This document shows, one piece after another, positions 15,861-24,824 of a stretch of DNA of 39,352 nucleotides (the stretch's first letter is position 1; every line of letters begins with the position of its first letter). The translations under genes were made by a program, and so were the position numbers. The stretch is taken from the NCBI GenBank assembly GCA_025356915.1, contig JANXQG010000689.1, positions 1 through 39,352 on the forward strand. The letters are read 5' to 3'. Source of the stretch: Planctomycetota bacterium (lineage in GTDB: Bacteria > Planctomycetota > Planctomycetia > Pirellulales > Thermoguttaceae). A model generated the notes under the pieces. It was given only the letters and a program-made list of their open reading frames with translations, was not told the origin of the DNA and made no database searches.

Positions 15861-16436
15861 TCAAACTAACGGCTCACCGAAGGGGTCTGCGGTGATGCTA
15901 TCGATCGGCCGCTCCAGAGGATTTGTATTCGTCGATGTGGGGGGGGCCATCTCTACTGCCCGGACTACCAGCCGATTGGATTCAATCTTGATAATACGCA
16001 CGGTTTGCTCCGCTTCAATGACCATTCCTTCGCTTGTAGCGTCGAGCGTCTGGCCATCCACGCTGACAGCCCCACTAGGCAGCATCCGGCATTTCGCGCG
16101 GCCCAGACGACCAACCAAGGTCTTGAGGTGCCGGCGTTGGTCTTCGTCGGGAAGGACATCCTCCGCACGGGGGGCATTAAGCAATACCTGTCGGCCGATA
16201 TAGGTATGCGGCCACCAGCGAAAACCAAACGCTATCAAAGTTGGAACACCAACAACCACTGCGGCGGTCATGCTCAAGCCGACGGTTGGGCTTGACTTGA
16301 AACCAAGCAAAATTGCACCGAGTAACGCGGAACCTGAAAAAAACGCGAGAATGCCAGCCGAGGGGAGAAATATCTCCAAAAATGCAAAACACAACCCTAT
16401 CGCCAGTAATAAGATGGGCCAAATCCAAATATCCAT
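15861..16436 (-). CDS. NfeD-family membrane protein (OB-fold C-terminus)
   Basis: 191 aa with three N-terminal TM helices (WPILLLAIGLCFAFLEIFLP.., ..ILAFFSGSALLGAILLGF..). The C-terminal ..GRLGRAKCRMLPSGAVSVDGQTLDATSEGMVIEAEQTVRIIKIESNRLVV is typical of an NfeD OB domain. It sits upstream of floA, as in yqeZ-yqfA. Confidence 0.8.
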   Translation of the reverse strand: MDIWIWPILLLAIGLCFAFLEIFLPSAGILAFFSGSALLGAILLGFKSSPTVGLSMTAAVVVGVPTLIAFGFRWWPHTYIGRQVLLNAPRAEDVLPDEDQRRHLKTLVGRLGRAKCRMLPSGAVSVDGQTLDATSEGMVIEAEQTVRIIKIESNRLVVRAVEMAPPTSTNTNPLERPIDSITADPFGEPLV

Positions 16437-16523
16437 TGCGAGTTCTATACCTCCTCTCCTAAGATTCTATTTTACCAACAGACTTGTGCAGAAACCACTC
16501 AGAGGCTATCCGAAAAGCCCCCA

Positions 16524-16546
16524 CCCCTCTCCCAAAGGGAGAGGGG
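16524..16546. terminator. GC-rich hairpin CCCCTCTCCC-aaa-GGGAGAGGGG, 17 nt downstream of the peptidase gene
   Basis: Perfect 10-bp stem. It is flanked by AGTTTTT on the + strand and by ..GGGGGCTTTTCG on the minus strand. Located between the stop at 16564 (minus) and the nfeD start. Confidence 0.45.
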
Positions 16547-16563
16547 AGTTTTTGGATAACCAC

Positions 16564-17520
16564 TCATTTCCTCGGATATTTGAGCTTGAGCACATAAGAC
16601 TCCCACTGCTTTTGGAATTCATCCATGTCGTCGCGTTCCAGGATTGCCTTCAGGGTTTTATAGCCCGTGGGATCGTCCTTGCGATTTGTCAGGAAGCGTC
16701 GATAGTAGGTCTTCAAGAGGTCCTTCTGCTGCAAGTAGTAGCAGAGGTATCGGGCTTGTGCGTAGTTTGTACCTCGGTCCTTCTCGTAGAAATCGGTGTC
16801 GGTCGTCTGGCAAAGCGTTTTGAATGAGGTGAGTTTCCCTTTGAGAATGGCCTCCTGTAGCCGCGGCAAACGCCAGTTGGTGTAGCCGTGAATTTCGCCA
16901 TTCAGTTCGCCGCTTTGCTCGTAAAGCGAGCCTAATCCCTCATTGAACCAGGCCGGGCAGTTGGGGAAATTGGCCGCTACGAAGGGGTGGACAATCTCAT
17001 GCACCAAGGTACCACCGCCCGTCGAGATATTCATCACCAAAGCCCCGGCTTCCTGCGAGAAATAACCAAAGGGCGTATCGGGTGTCTTGCCGAAAAGTTT
17101 TTTGCAGTTTGTCTCGTAGCTTTTCTTGTCCTTGAAGAGCCAGATATCGAGGATTTGTCGCGGATCCTGCTTGAAATAGGCTTGCTTCAGCTTTTCCACG
17201 GCCCACTTCACGGTGCCCTCCGAACGACGGCGCACCTCCTCCGGCGATTCATCGCCAATCACCACGAAGGGAGGTGTGAGAATAACCGTAAAATCTTTCG
17301 AGGGAATTTTCTTTTGCAACTGTTCAATATGCTTTTCAAAGTCCGCCTTGGTAAAGGAGCCTGTTGTGACCGTTCGATCCGGGTCCGCAGCACTTGCTTC
17401 TCGGCCAGCAAGGCCAGCCACTACGAGGAAACCGAGAATGCAGAAGAAAAATCGCCCCAGATGCGGGGTTGCTAACAACCGCTGTAGGTCGGCACGTAAT
17501 CGTTGGCTAAGGAACGTCAT
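16564..17520 (-). CDS. Secreted putative zinc metallopeptidase (HExxH; DUF1570 / peptidase-MA-like)
   Basis: 318 aa with an N-terminal signal/TM (FFFCILGFLVVAGLAG..ASAA) and an HExxH motif in GGTLVHEIVHPF, followed by ..WFNEGLGSLYE.. Family assignment is from memory of DUF1570-type proteins and is not verified. Confidence 0.6.
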   Translation of the reverse strand: MTFLSQRLRADLQRLLATPHLGRFFFCILGFLVVAGLAGREASAADPDRTVTTGSFTKADFEKHIEQLQKKIPSKDFTVILTPPFVVIGDESPEEVRRRSEGTVKWAVEKLKQAYFKQDPRQILDIWLFKDKKSYETNCKKLFGKTPDTPFGYFSQEAGALVMNISTGGGTLVHEIVHPFVAANFPNCPAWFNEGLGSLYEQSGELNGEIHGYTNWRLPRLQEAILKGKLTSFKTLCQTTDTDFYEKDRGTNYAQARYLCYYLQQKDLLKTYYRRFLTNRKDDPTGYKTLKAILERDDMDEFQKQWESYVLKLKYPRK

Positions 17521-17739
17521 CGGTAGGGAACTCCTGGATTGCGACAGAGTGCGGTGCGAAGTCCTTCAGAATACCGCCTTCACTGAACCGCGTCCAGAAG
17601 ATCCAACGCGAAGGGGTCAGGTCCATGTTTTCGGGCAAGATCTCGGGTGAATTTCATACGCTCTCGCCGAAAAATGGACCAGACCCCGGACTTTGCAGTT
17701 CTCCTGGTCCAGAAGCATTGAAAATCAACCTTCGGAATT

Positions 17740-17768
17740 GTAGGATGGACTTGGAATTCCATTCTATG
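17740..17768 (+). repeat. REP-like hairpin, family A
   Basis: GTAGGATGGACttggaattCCATTCTAT. The GTAGGATGGAC head is the same as at 1729 and 9259. Confidence 0.65.
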
Positions 17769-17784
17769 GTATCCGGGAGCAATC

Positions 17785-19971
17785 ATGAAAAAGCACATTG
17801 CATCGTTCATCGTCCTCTTCGCGGCGTTGTCGCCAACCTCTGCGGCCCTTGCCGAGCAAGCGGCCATCAAGGATTACGGATTGAAAGAGTATGTCCGCGT
17901 ATCCAGAGATCTGCCACACCGCGAAAATGTCCCCTGGAAACTTGTCTGCACGATACCATACAACTGCCATTTCCAGCCCTGGATCGAGTTTGAGGGCCTT
18001 ACCGGTAAGGTTCTCAGCTTCAATTCCACCAACCCACTGGTCCTCTACCTCACGCCCACGGAATCCTATACAACAATCGGCGGCGATGAGATCCACGAGG
18101 CCAAGAATTGGGTCAGCGGCGAAGGCGCGTTCTATAGCATTCCAGCAGGCGTGACCGTGAAGTCCGTGAAATACCGCGAAACGGGATACGACACGACGCT
18201 TGCCGGTTCGTTCACTTGCAACGACAATGACTACAACGTCCTCTGGCAGAAAGCGGCCAGGACATGCTATCTCTGCATGCGAGACCATTTCTATGACTGC
18301 CCCGACCGTGAACGGGTCGGATTCTGGGGCGATGGCACACCCGAGCTGAACCAGTGCTTCTACGCATTCGATTCCAAGTCCCACCGTTTGTGCCGCGATC
18401 TTGTGTTGAGGAAGTTGGAACCCAAATTTTATCCGGGGCAACACCTGGAGTTCCTCGGCGAATATGGCATCTGGTTCTACTACCTACAGACCGGCGATCT
18501 GGAGACTCTCCGAGCGGTCTATGATCCCACCAAGGAATTTCTCATGGAGACCTACAAGTTCGGTAACCCACGAACTTGGTACGATTGGGGGAAAGAAGTC
18601 AAGGATATCGCCGTCATCGAGGAATGTTTCTACTATATCGATTTGAAGACGCTCAGGAAAATGGCACTGGCGACTGGGCATGAAGCGGATATCGCCGTCA
18701 TTGACGCCAAACTCAAAGGGATCCAAAACACTTTTGACAGTAAATACTGGAAGGGGAACTGCTACATGTCCAAGCAGGTCTCCACGCCGGACGACCGCGC
18801 GAATGCGATGGCGGTCGATGCCGGTCTGGCCGACCGCTCCAAGTGGGAGGCAATCCACGAGAATGTTCTAACCAAAAAGACCTATTCCAGTTGCTTCTTC
18901 GATCGCTGGGTGTTGGAAGCACTTTGCACGATGGGCAAACAGGAATATGCCTTGCTCAGAATGGTCAACCGATACAAGACGATGATCCCATGCAGTTTCA
19001 CCACCCTTTGGGAGCATTACGACCGGTGGTGGGCATCGCGGATCGACGCATTCGACGACGCTTCTTCGTTGAATCACGGCTGGAACCCGCCGGTACTCAT
19101 CCTTTCTCAGACGATTGCCGGAGTCTCGCCGGAAACGCCCGGCTGGGCCACGTATCACGTATTGCCCAAGGAGGCATTTTTGACGGCAATCAAGGTAGTC
19201 GTGCCGACGATTCGAGGCAAGATTATCGTTGATATGAAGAAGACCGCAACGGAGTATGCCTTGAGTTTGGTTTCGCCCTTGTCTACGAAAGCCATCGTCG
19301 GCATGCCCAAAGGCTCGTTCACGAAGCTCAATTCCATCGAGGTCAACGGTGCCGTCATCTGGAAGGGCGAGTTTCGCGGTGGGGTCAACGGTGTTTCATG
19401 GCTCGGGGAGGACGCCGATTACATCAAGTTCCAGGTCGAGCCGGGCACCTGGAAATTTGTCGGTCAGGGCGTGTTGCCGATCGGCTCGCCCAGACCGCTC
19501 CCGCCGCCCCCGGCGAATGAAGCAAAGCTGGAGAAGAAATCTTGGACCGCTTCCGCCTCGGTGGCCGACGGATCTTTTCTCTTCAGCGGGGCCAAGATCC
19601 CGGTGGATGTATCCGCCGCGAATGCCATCGACGGCGACCATTGGACCGGTTGGCGCGATATGACGAAAACCCAGTACCCGGGGCAATGGTTCCAGGTGGA
19701 CATGAAGCAAGCGCAGACCTTCGACAAAATCGTGCTCGACAACACCTGGGCCTTGTGGGATTCGCCCAACAAGTATTCCGTATCGATCTCCCAGGACGGC
19801 ACGAACTGGGGAAGCCCCGTGGCGACAGGCAGCGGGCAATTGGGAATCACTACCATCACTTTTCCGCGTCAGACCGCGCGCTACTTTCGCATCACGCAGA
19901 CCGGATCGGATGCCAAGTATCATTGGTCGATTTATGAAATCGACGTCTACTGCCAGCCGACCAAGGGCTAG
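17785..19971 (+). CDS. Secreted glycoside hydrolase, GH78-like (alpha-L-rhamnosidase-type six-hairpin domain) with a C-terminal F5/8 type C (discoidin/CBM32-like) domain
   Basis: Signal peptide MKKHIASFIVLFAALSPTSAALA. GH78-like motifs: DCPDRERVGFWGD, TTLWEHYD, SLNHGWN. C-terminal ..NAIDGDHWTGWRD..GQWFQVDM..FDKIVLDN..YSVSISQDGTNWG..ARYFRITQTG..WSIYEIDVY. Confidence 0.7.
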   Translation: MKKHIASFIVLFAALSPTSAALAEQAAIKDYGLKEYVRVSRDLPHRENVPWKLVCTIPYNCHFQPWIEFEGLTGKVLSFNSTNPLVLYLTPTESYTTIGGDEIHEAKNWVSGEGAFYSIPAGVTVKSVKYRETGYDTTLAGSFTCNDNDYNVLWQKAARTCYLCMRDHFYDCPDRERVGFWGDGTPELNQCFYAFDSKSHRLCRDLVLRKLEPKFYPGQHLEFLGEYGIWFYYLQTGDLETLRAVYDPTKEFLMETYKFGNPRTWYDWGKEVKDIAVIEECFYYIDLKTLRKMALATGHEADIAVIDAKLKGIQNTFDSKYWKGNCYMSKQVSTPDDRANAMAVDAGLADRSKWEAIHENVLTKKTYSSCFFDRWVLEALCTMGKQEYALLRMVNRYKTMIPCSFTTLWEHYDRWWASRIDAFDDASSLNHGWNPPVLILSQTIAGVSPETPGWATYHVLPKEAFLTAIKVVVPTIRGKIIVDMKKTATEYALSLVSPLSTKAIVGMPKGSFTKLNSIEVNGAVIWKGEFRGGVNGVSWLGEDADYIKFQVEPGTWKFVGQGVLPIGSPRPLPPPPANEAKLEKKSWTASASVADGSFLFSGAKIPVDVSAANAIDGDHWTGWRDMTKTQYPGQWFQVDMKQAQTFDKIVLDNTWALWDSPNKYSVSISQDGTNWGSPVATGSGQLGITTITFPRQTARYFRITQTGSDAKYHWSIYEIDVYCQPTKG

Positions 19972-20238
19972 GATTGCCAAATCAACAAGTGCGGCAAGTC
20001 TGACACCTCCCCGCCCGCGACAGTTATTGATTCGCCGGTCCTTGGCGAGAAGGAAATCACGGCGATCTCTCACTTGCTTGGCGGTGGTTTTTGAGGCTAT
20101 CCGGAAAGTGGGGGTTTGATGAGCCTCTCGGAAAACTTAGTATAGCGAATGAAATTCTGTTGCGGAAACACCGGCAATGGTATAAATTAAACAGGCGAAG
20201 AGAATTTCACCATCCGACAAGATAGCAGAACAGAACAG

Positions 20239-20258
20239 GTCAGGCTAAAAAGCCTGAC
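20239..20258. repeat. Short perfect hairpin GTCAGGCT-aaaa-AGCCTGAC upstream of the OPT gene
   Basis: 8-bp stem. No clear T-tract follows. Function unknown. Confidence 0.4.
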
Positions 20259-20297
20259 GTACTTGAAACCCACCCTGCACCTTACCTATTGACGGCC

Positions 20298-22757
20298 ATG
20301 ACAGAAGAGACCCAAGCAGAACCCAAATCCGTTGAGCAGCGCGACCTGGAGTGGCTGGCCAATGTCTATCGAGGCGACAAGGAACCGGACCTCACCGTCC
20401 GCGCGGTGCTGGCCGGCATGGTCTTTGGCGGGCTGATGTCGCTCTCGAATCTTTACGTCGGCCTCAAATGCGGCTGGGGACTGGGTGTGGACATCGCAGC
20501 GGTAATTGTCATCTTTGCCGTCTTCAAGGCCCTCCGCGGAATCCGCGTCGTGCGGCGGGAATTCGGCCTGATGGAAAACACGATGATGATGACGGTGGCC
20601 GTGGCCGCAAGCTGGATATCCTCGGCCGGATTGGTTTCGGCGGTTCCTGCGCTGTCGATGCTGCGTCCCGACTACCATTTTGTCTGGTGGCAGCTCACCT
20701 TGTTCATCGCGGTCATCTTGTACCTGGGTCTGTTCATGGCCATTCCCCTGAAACGGCAGATGATCCAGGTCGATTCGCTCCGCTTTCCCGCCAACATCCC
20801 CACCGGCGAAACCCTCATCGTCATGTACTCGCAGGGCAGCCAAGCAATCAAGAAGGCGGTGGCCTTGGGCATCGCGGGCCTCTTGGGTGTGCTCGTGGCC
20901 GGGCTGCGCGACGGTCTGGAGTGGATTCCCGACAAATTCAATCTTCCCTGGCGTCTACACCGCATCCCCCTGGGCAAGCTCACCCTGAGCTTCGAGCCGA
21001 GCCTGATCTTCATCAGCATCGGCGCGTTGTTCGGCATGAAAGTGGGCCTGAGCATGTTGCTGGGACTGGTCCTCAACTATGGGATCCTCGCCCCGCGCTT
21101 GATCGAAGACAAGATTGTTCAGCACGAACCGCCAAAACTTATTGCCATGGCCGAGCCAAAGCTGCCGCTGGCCGTGAACGCCGGGCAGTCATTGACCTTT
21201 CGGCTTGAGGAGGCTGTCGGCAGCCCCGAGATTCCCTCGCCTCGAGAGCTGGAAGCCAATTCCGAGCTTGCCTTGAGCGTGACCACCCGAGTCCTTTCCT
21301 ATAAGTGGACGCGCCCTGTCACGTATGCCGACCTCGCCGACCTGGTGAGCGACCTCAACGCACCGATCTTGCTGGATGGCTCGCACAATCCGCTGTACGA
21401 TGTCATCCAATTTAGCAGAGCAAATAAGATCGTGAAGGAGGCGGACCAGGACAAACGTGTCGAGGTACTCTGCATCAAAGCCCCCACTGCCATCGATTGG
21501 GAAGCGAGGCTCTCCTTTCCGGACGACCACCCTTCCGATTTGCTGCCCGCCCTCGGATTCAAAACCTCGGCAGACGTAACGCAGGCCATAGCCAACATGG
21601 CAAAGGCGGAAAGCGAGATAGCCAAGGAGGGCGAAATGCCCTTGGCCGAAGCCGCGAAATCCTTATCCCTTGCCAAAGCTGCCTTGGCGGATGGCAAGAA
21701 GGCGCGGGCCGATGCCGAGAAAGCCTTGGCCGAGCAAAATAAAAAGGCCACACAGAAAATCGGTGGTTTTCCAAACATTGTTGCCTGGTCGCTCTGGCCG
21801 GGTGCCACGGTGTTGGTGGTCGGCGGACTGTTGGCCCTGGCCTTCCAATGGCGGACGCTGGGGCGGACCTTCGCCAGCATCTTCAGTGCCTTCGGCGACA
21901 AGCGCAATGCTCCCAAAGGTCCCCTCGATCACATCGAGATTCCCATGACCTGGTTCGTCTTCGGATTTCTTCTCATGGGGAGTCTGGCTGCGGTGATGAT
22001 GACCTGGATCTTCTCGATTCACTGGTGGATGGGCGCGGTCGCCGTGCTGCTGACCTTCTTCCTTGCCGCCGTGGCAGCGAGGGCGGGGGCGGAAACCGGC
22101 ATCAACCCCATCGGCGCGCTGGGCAAAGTAACCCAACTCACCTACGGTGCGCTGGCGCCGGGCAATATCACGGCGAACCTCATGACGGCGGACGTGACTG
22201 CGGGCGCGGCTTGCAGTTGCAGCGACACCATCGGAAATCTCAAAGTCGGCCACATGGTCGGCGCGAACCCGCGGAGGCAGTTCATCGCCCAACTCTTCGG
22301 TGTGCTGGCCGGCTCGGTGCTGGCCGTGCCGGCGTATTTCATCCTCGTGCCCGACGTCAGCGTGCTGGGCGGCGACAAATTCGCGGCGCCCTCCGCCCTG
22401 ATGTGGAAGGGTGTGGCGGAAGTACTCTCCAAGGGTCTCGGATCGCTTCCGCCCAGCGCCGTGTGGGCCATGGGCGTGGCCTTCGTGGTCGGCGTGATCA
22501 TTGTCGTCGTGGACAATGTCTATCCCCAGGTCAAGCCCTACACGCCCTCGCCGGCGGCGCTGGGCATCGCGCTGACTACCCCGGCTTCGCAAAGTTTTGC
22601 CATGTTCCTGGGCGCGCTGATCGTCTGGATTCTGGAGAAGAAGGCGGCCAAGTGGAATGACATGTACACGATCCCCATTGCCTCAGGTTGTATCGCTGGC
22701 GAGAGCATCATGGGGGTGATCCTCGCCGCGCTGGTGGCACTTGGTCTGATGCAATAA
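20298..22757 (+). CDS. OPT-family (oligopeptide transporter superfamily) membrane transporter with a large internal soluble insertion
   Basis: The N-terminus ..EPDLTVRAVLAGMVFGGLMSLSNLYVGLKCGWG.. is typical of bacterial OPT proteins. There are many TM segments on both sides. A ~200-aa hydrophilic segment (about nt 21111-21758) precedes the conserved ..IVAWSLWPGATVLVVGGL.. ATG 20298 is preferred over TTG 20289. Confidence 0.8.
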   Translation: MTEETQAEPKSVEQRDLEWLANVYRGDKEPDLTVRAVLAGMVFGGLMSLSNLYVGLKCGWGLGVDIAAVIVIFAVFKALRGIRVVRREFGLMENTMMMTVAVAASWISSAGLVSAVPALSMLRPDYHFVWWQLTLFIAVILYLGLFMAIPLKRQMIQVDSLRFPANIPTGETLIVMYSQGSQAIKKAVALGIAGLLGVLVAGLRDGLEWIPDKFNLPWRLHRIPLGKLTLSFEPSLIFISIGALFGMKVGLSMLLGLVLNYGILAPRLIEDKIVQHEPPKLIAMAEPKLPLAVNAGQSLTFRLEEAVGSPEIPSPRELEANSELALSVTTRVLSYKWTRPVTYADLADLVSDLNAPILLDGSHNPLYDVIQFSRANKIVKEADQDKRVEVLCIKAPTAIDWEARLSFPDDHPSDLLPALGFKTSADVTQAIANMAKAESEIAKEGEMPLAEAAKSLSLAKAALADGKKARADAEKALAEQNKKATQKIGGFPNIVAWSLWPGATVLVVGGLLALAFQWRTLGRTFASIFSAFGDKRNAPKGPLDHIEIPMTWFVFGFLLMGSLAAVMMTWIFSIHWWMGAVAVLLTFFLAAVAARAGAETGINPIGALGKVTQLTYGALAPGNITANLMTADVTAGAACSCSDTIGNLKVGHMVGANPRRQFIAQLFGVLAGSVLAVPAYFILVPDVSVLGGDKFAAPSALMWKGVAEVLSKGLGSLPPSAVWAMGVAFVVGVIIVVVDNVYPQVKPYTPSPAALGIALTTPASQSFAMFLGALIVWILEKKAAKWNDMYTIPIASGCIAGESIMGVILAALVALGLMQ

Positions 22758-22775
22758 TTTGGCGAAAGGCAAACC

Positions 22776-23762
22776 ATGTCACAAACCTTGCGGTTTTTTT
22801 CGGCAGAGGATGTCGGACGGGCCGTTTCCGTGAAAGAGGCCATCCCGCTGGTGCGCGAGGCATTCATCCAACTCTCGTCCCATCAAGTATGCGTTCCGCT
22901 GCGCACGAAGATCGACGTGACCTCCCGCGAGGGAACGGTGCTGTACATGCCGGTCTACTTTCCCGCGCGCGAGGTGCTTGTGGTCAAAGTTGTGTCGCTG
23001 TTCAAAAATAATTTGGCCGGCGGGCTGCCCCTGATCCATGCAACGGTGATGGTCAACGACGCTCGCACTGGATGCACGATCGCGGTCATGGATGGCGAGC
23101 GTCTGACCGCAATCCGTACTGCGGCCGCCTCGGCTCTGGCAACCGATCTACTGGCCCGCCCAGAAGCGAAGGTTGCGGCCATCTTTGGAGCCGGCGTCCA
23201 GGGCCGCGCGCAACTGGAAGCACTGTGTGCCGTTCGGCCGATCGGCAAGGTCTATGTCTTCGATCGAGACCTCGACCGCGCGGAGGCGTTCTGCCGCGAA
23301 ATGGGAGAGAAACTATTGATTACCCTGATCGCCGCCGACTCGCCGTCACAATTGCTCCATGCTGACGTCGTCTGCACGGTGACCACATGGCCAACGCCGG
23401 TATTCGCGCACAAGAACGTGAAGCCGGGAACGCACATCAATGCCCTGGGTGCCTATAAACCGAATGAACGTGAAATCCCCGAGGACACCGTGTGCGCTGC
23501 TAGGCTCGTGGTGGACCAACGCGAAGCCTGCCTGTCGGAAGCAGGCGATATCGTCATCCCGCTGAAACAAGGGCTGATCACGACGGACCACATTCATGCC
23601 GAAATTGGCGAGATTGCCGCCGGAGAGAAGCTGGGACGATGCAGCGACACGGAAATCACGCTCTTCAAGTCGGTGGGAAACGCTATCCAGGACGCAGCGA
23701 TTGCAGCACAAGTCCTCGAGTGCGCCGATACGTTGGGCCTGGGTACGGAAGTCAGCATGTGA
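22776..23762 (+). CDS. Ornithine cyclodeaminase / mu-crystallin family protein
   Basis: 328 aa with ..LTAIRTAAASALATDLLARPEA..AIFGAGVQGRAQLEAL.. (Rossmann motif), ..GTHINALGAYKPNEREI.., ..LFKSVGNAIQDAAIA.. Confidence 0.85.
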   Translation: MSQTLRFFSAEDVGRAVSVKEAIPLVREAFIQLSSHQVCVPLRTKIDVTSREGTVLYMPVYFPAREVLVVKVVSLFKNNLAGGLPLIHATVMVNDARTGCTIAVMDGERLTAIRTAAASALATDLLARPEAKVAAIFGAGVQGRAQLEALCAVRPIGKVYVFDRDLDRAEAFCREMGEKLLITLIAADSPSQLLHADVVCTVTTWPTPVFAHKNVKPGTHINALGAYKPNEREIPEDTVCAARLVVDQREACLSEAGDIVIPLKQGLITTDHIHAEIGEIAAGEKLGRCSDTEITLFKSVGNAIQDAAIAAQVLECADTLGLGTEVSM

Positions 23763-23792
23763 CGTGTTCGGGAGATATAGCGATTGGGAAAA

Positions 23793-23823
23793 ATGGTGGG
23801 GATCGCTGCGATTGTTCCCATAC
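23793..23823 (-). repeat. REP-like element, family B (inverted orientation, diverged)
   Basis: ATGGTGGGGATCGCTGCGATTGTTCCCATAC, compared with ATGGTGGGGCTCGCTGCGCTCGTCCCACAC at 7563-7592. Confidence 0.55.
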
Positions 23824-23937
23824 TCACAAACTTAAAAGATTCATTCGTCCCACCCCACAATGTGTCCGGTGCCTCGAAGCCCACCTTGGGAACTCGTGCC
23901 CATTCATTCCCTACGCCAACGGCGTTATGTCCCCTAG

Positions 23938-24810
23938 CTAAGCCTCATCCCGATTCACGCTGCGAATCGCCTGTAGAAACTTTTCCATCGTCGGGCATCG
24001 CCGGGACGGTTCGGCTTCCAGGCACGAATGAATGGCCTTGGCTAGCTCGGGATGGAGTTTGGGTCGGTACTGAAGGATGTCGATGGGCGGCTTGTCGTGC
24101 GACATAGCCGCCATACCGGAGAGCCCCCGCGGCCAAGGCAGCTCACCCGTGCAGATCTCGTAGGCCGAGATTCCGAAGGCAAATACGTCAACTCGCTGAT
24201 CGGTTGTCTTGCGGCGGACGATTTCCGGGGCCATGTAGTTGGGATTGCCGGTACGGACTCCCGGTTGCTGAAACTGTGGCAGGCTAGGCAGAGAGACACC
24301 AAAATCGATCAGTTTCAATTCTTTCTTGAGGCGGTCGGCCAGGAGGAAGTTTCGTGGAGAAATATCGCGATGGACGAAGCCCGCGACATGCATTGCCGCG
24401 ATGGCCTCGGCGGCCTGACGAATGAAGTGCAGGCGGTTGGCGTCCAGCACCTGGTCGCGGCCGATGATCAGGGAGTTGAAGTCGGGGCCATCAATGAACT
24501 CCAATACGATGTACTGGCTGCCGTCGGTCGTGGTGCCATGTTCCAGCGTTTCGACCAACCGGGGGTGTTTTAGCAACATTCCGATTTCGCCCTCGGTCGG
24601 CTTTTTCAGTCCTCGGAAGCGATCCTCGAAGGCCGCCGTCTTCTCGCGGTCGAGAATCTTCAGACCTACGATCCGGCCAGTGCGAATATCGCGGGCCTTG
24701 TAGAACTTCGACATTGTGCCGGAAACGGCCTCCCGAAGAAGAACGTACCGCTTGGAAATGTCGACGCCCGAGTTGGCGACCTTAGCTTTGAATAAATCGA
24801 AAAGTCCCAT
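23938..24810 (-). CDS. Small stand-alone Hanks-type Ser/Thr protein kinase domain (atypical catalytic loop)
   Basis: ~290 aa from MGLFDLF.. (ATG 24810). Motifs present: VGLKIL (VAIK-like Lys), HRDISPRN (catalytic loop), IDFGVS (DFG), NYMAPE (APE), DVFAFGISAYE. No TM or sensor domain. It starts 14 nt downstream of accD. Confidence 0.8.
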   Translation of the reverse strand: MGLFDLFKAKVANSGVDISKRYVLLREAVSGTMSKFYKARDIRTGRIVGLKILDREKTAAFEDRFRGLKKPTEGEIGMLLKHPRLVETLEHGTTTDGSQYIVLEFIDGPDFNSLIIGRDQVLDANRLHFIRQAAEAIAAMHVAGFVHRDISPRNFLLADRLKKELKLIDFGVSLPSLPQFQQPGVRTGNPNYMAPEIVRRKTTDQRVDVFAFGISAYEICTGELPWPRGLSGMAAMSHDKPPIDILQYRPKLHPELAKAIHSCLEAEPSRRCPTMEKFLQAIRSVNRDEA

Positions 24811-24824
24811 GAAAGTTAGTCCCC

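Noticed and set aside
16564-19971. The HExxH peptidase and the GH78-like glycosidase as T6SS effectors
   Set aside because: Both carry classical N-terminal Sec-type signal peptides. Both are separated from the T6SS genes by the floA operon. Neither is adjacent to vgrG, PAAR or adaptor genes, and neither carries a T6SS effector marker that I can see.
20351-22660. Several 100-300-aa alternative-frame or antisense ORFs within the OPT gene (for example 20351..21208+, 21663..22592-, 21848..22660+)
   Set aside because: They have an Arg/Gly/Pro-rich composition typical of wrong-frame translation of GC-rich coding DNA. The OPT frame has coherent TM helices throughout.
23938-24810. The Ser/Thr kinase as the T6SS threonine-phosphorylation regulator (PpkA/ImpN)
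   Set aside because: It lies 10 kb away on the opposite strand, in an operon with accD and rpe. It lacks the TM and periplasmic domain of PpkA. No Fha or PppA partner is nearby.
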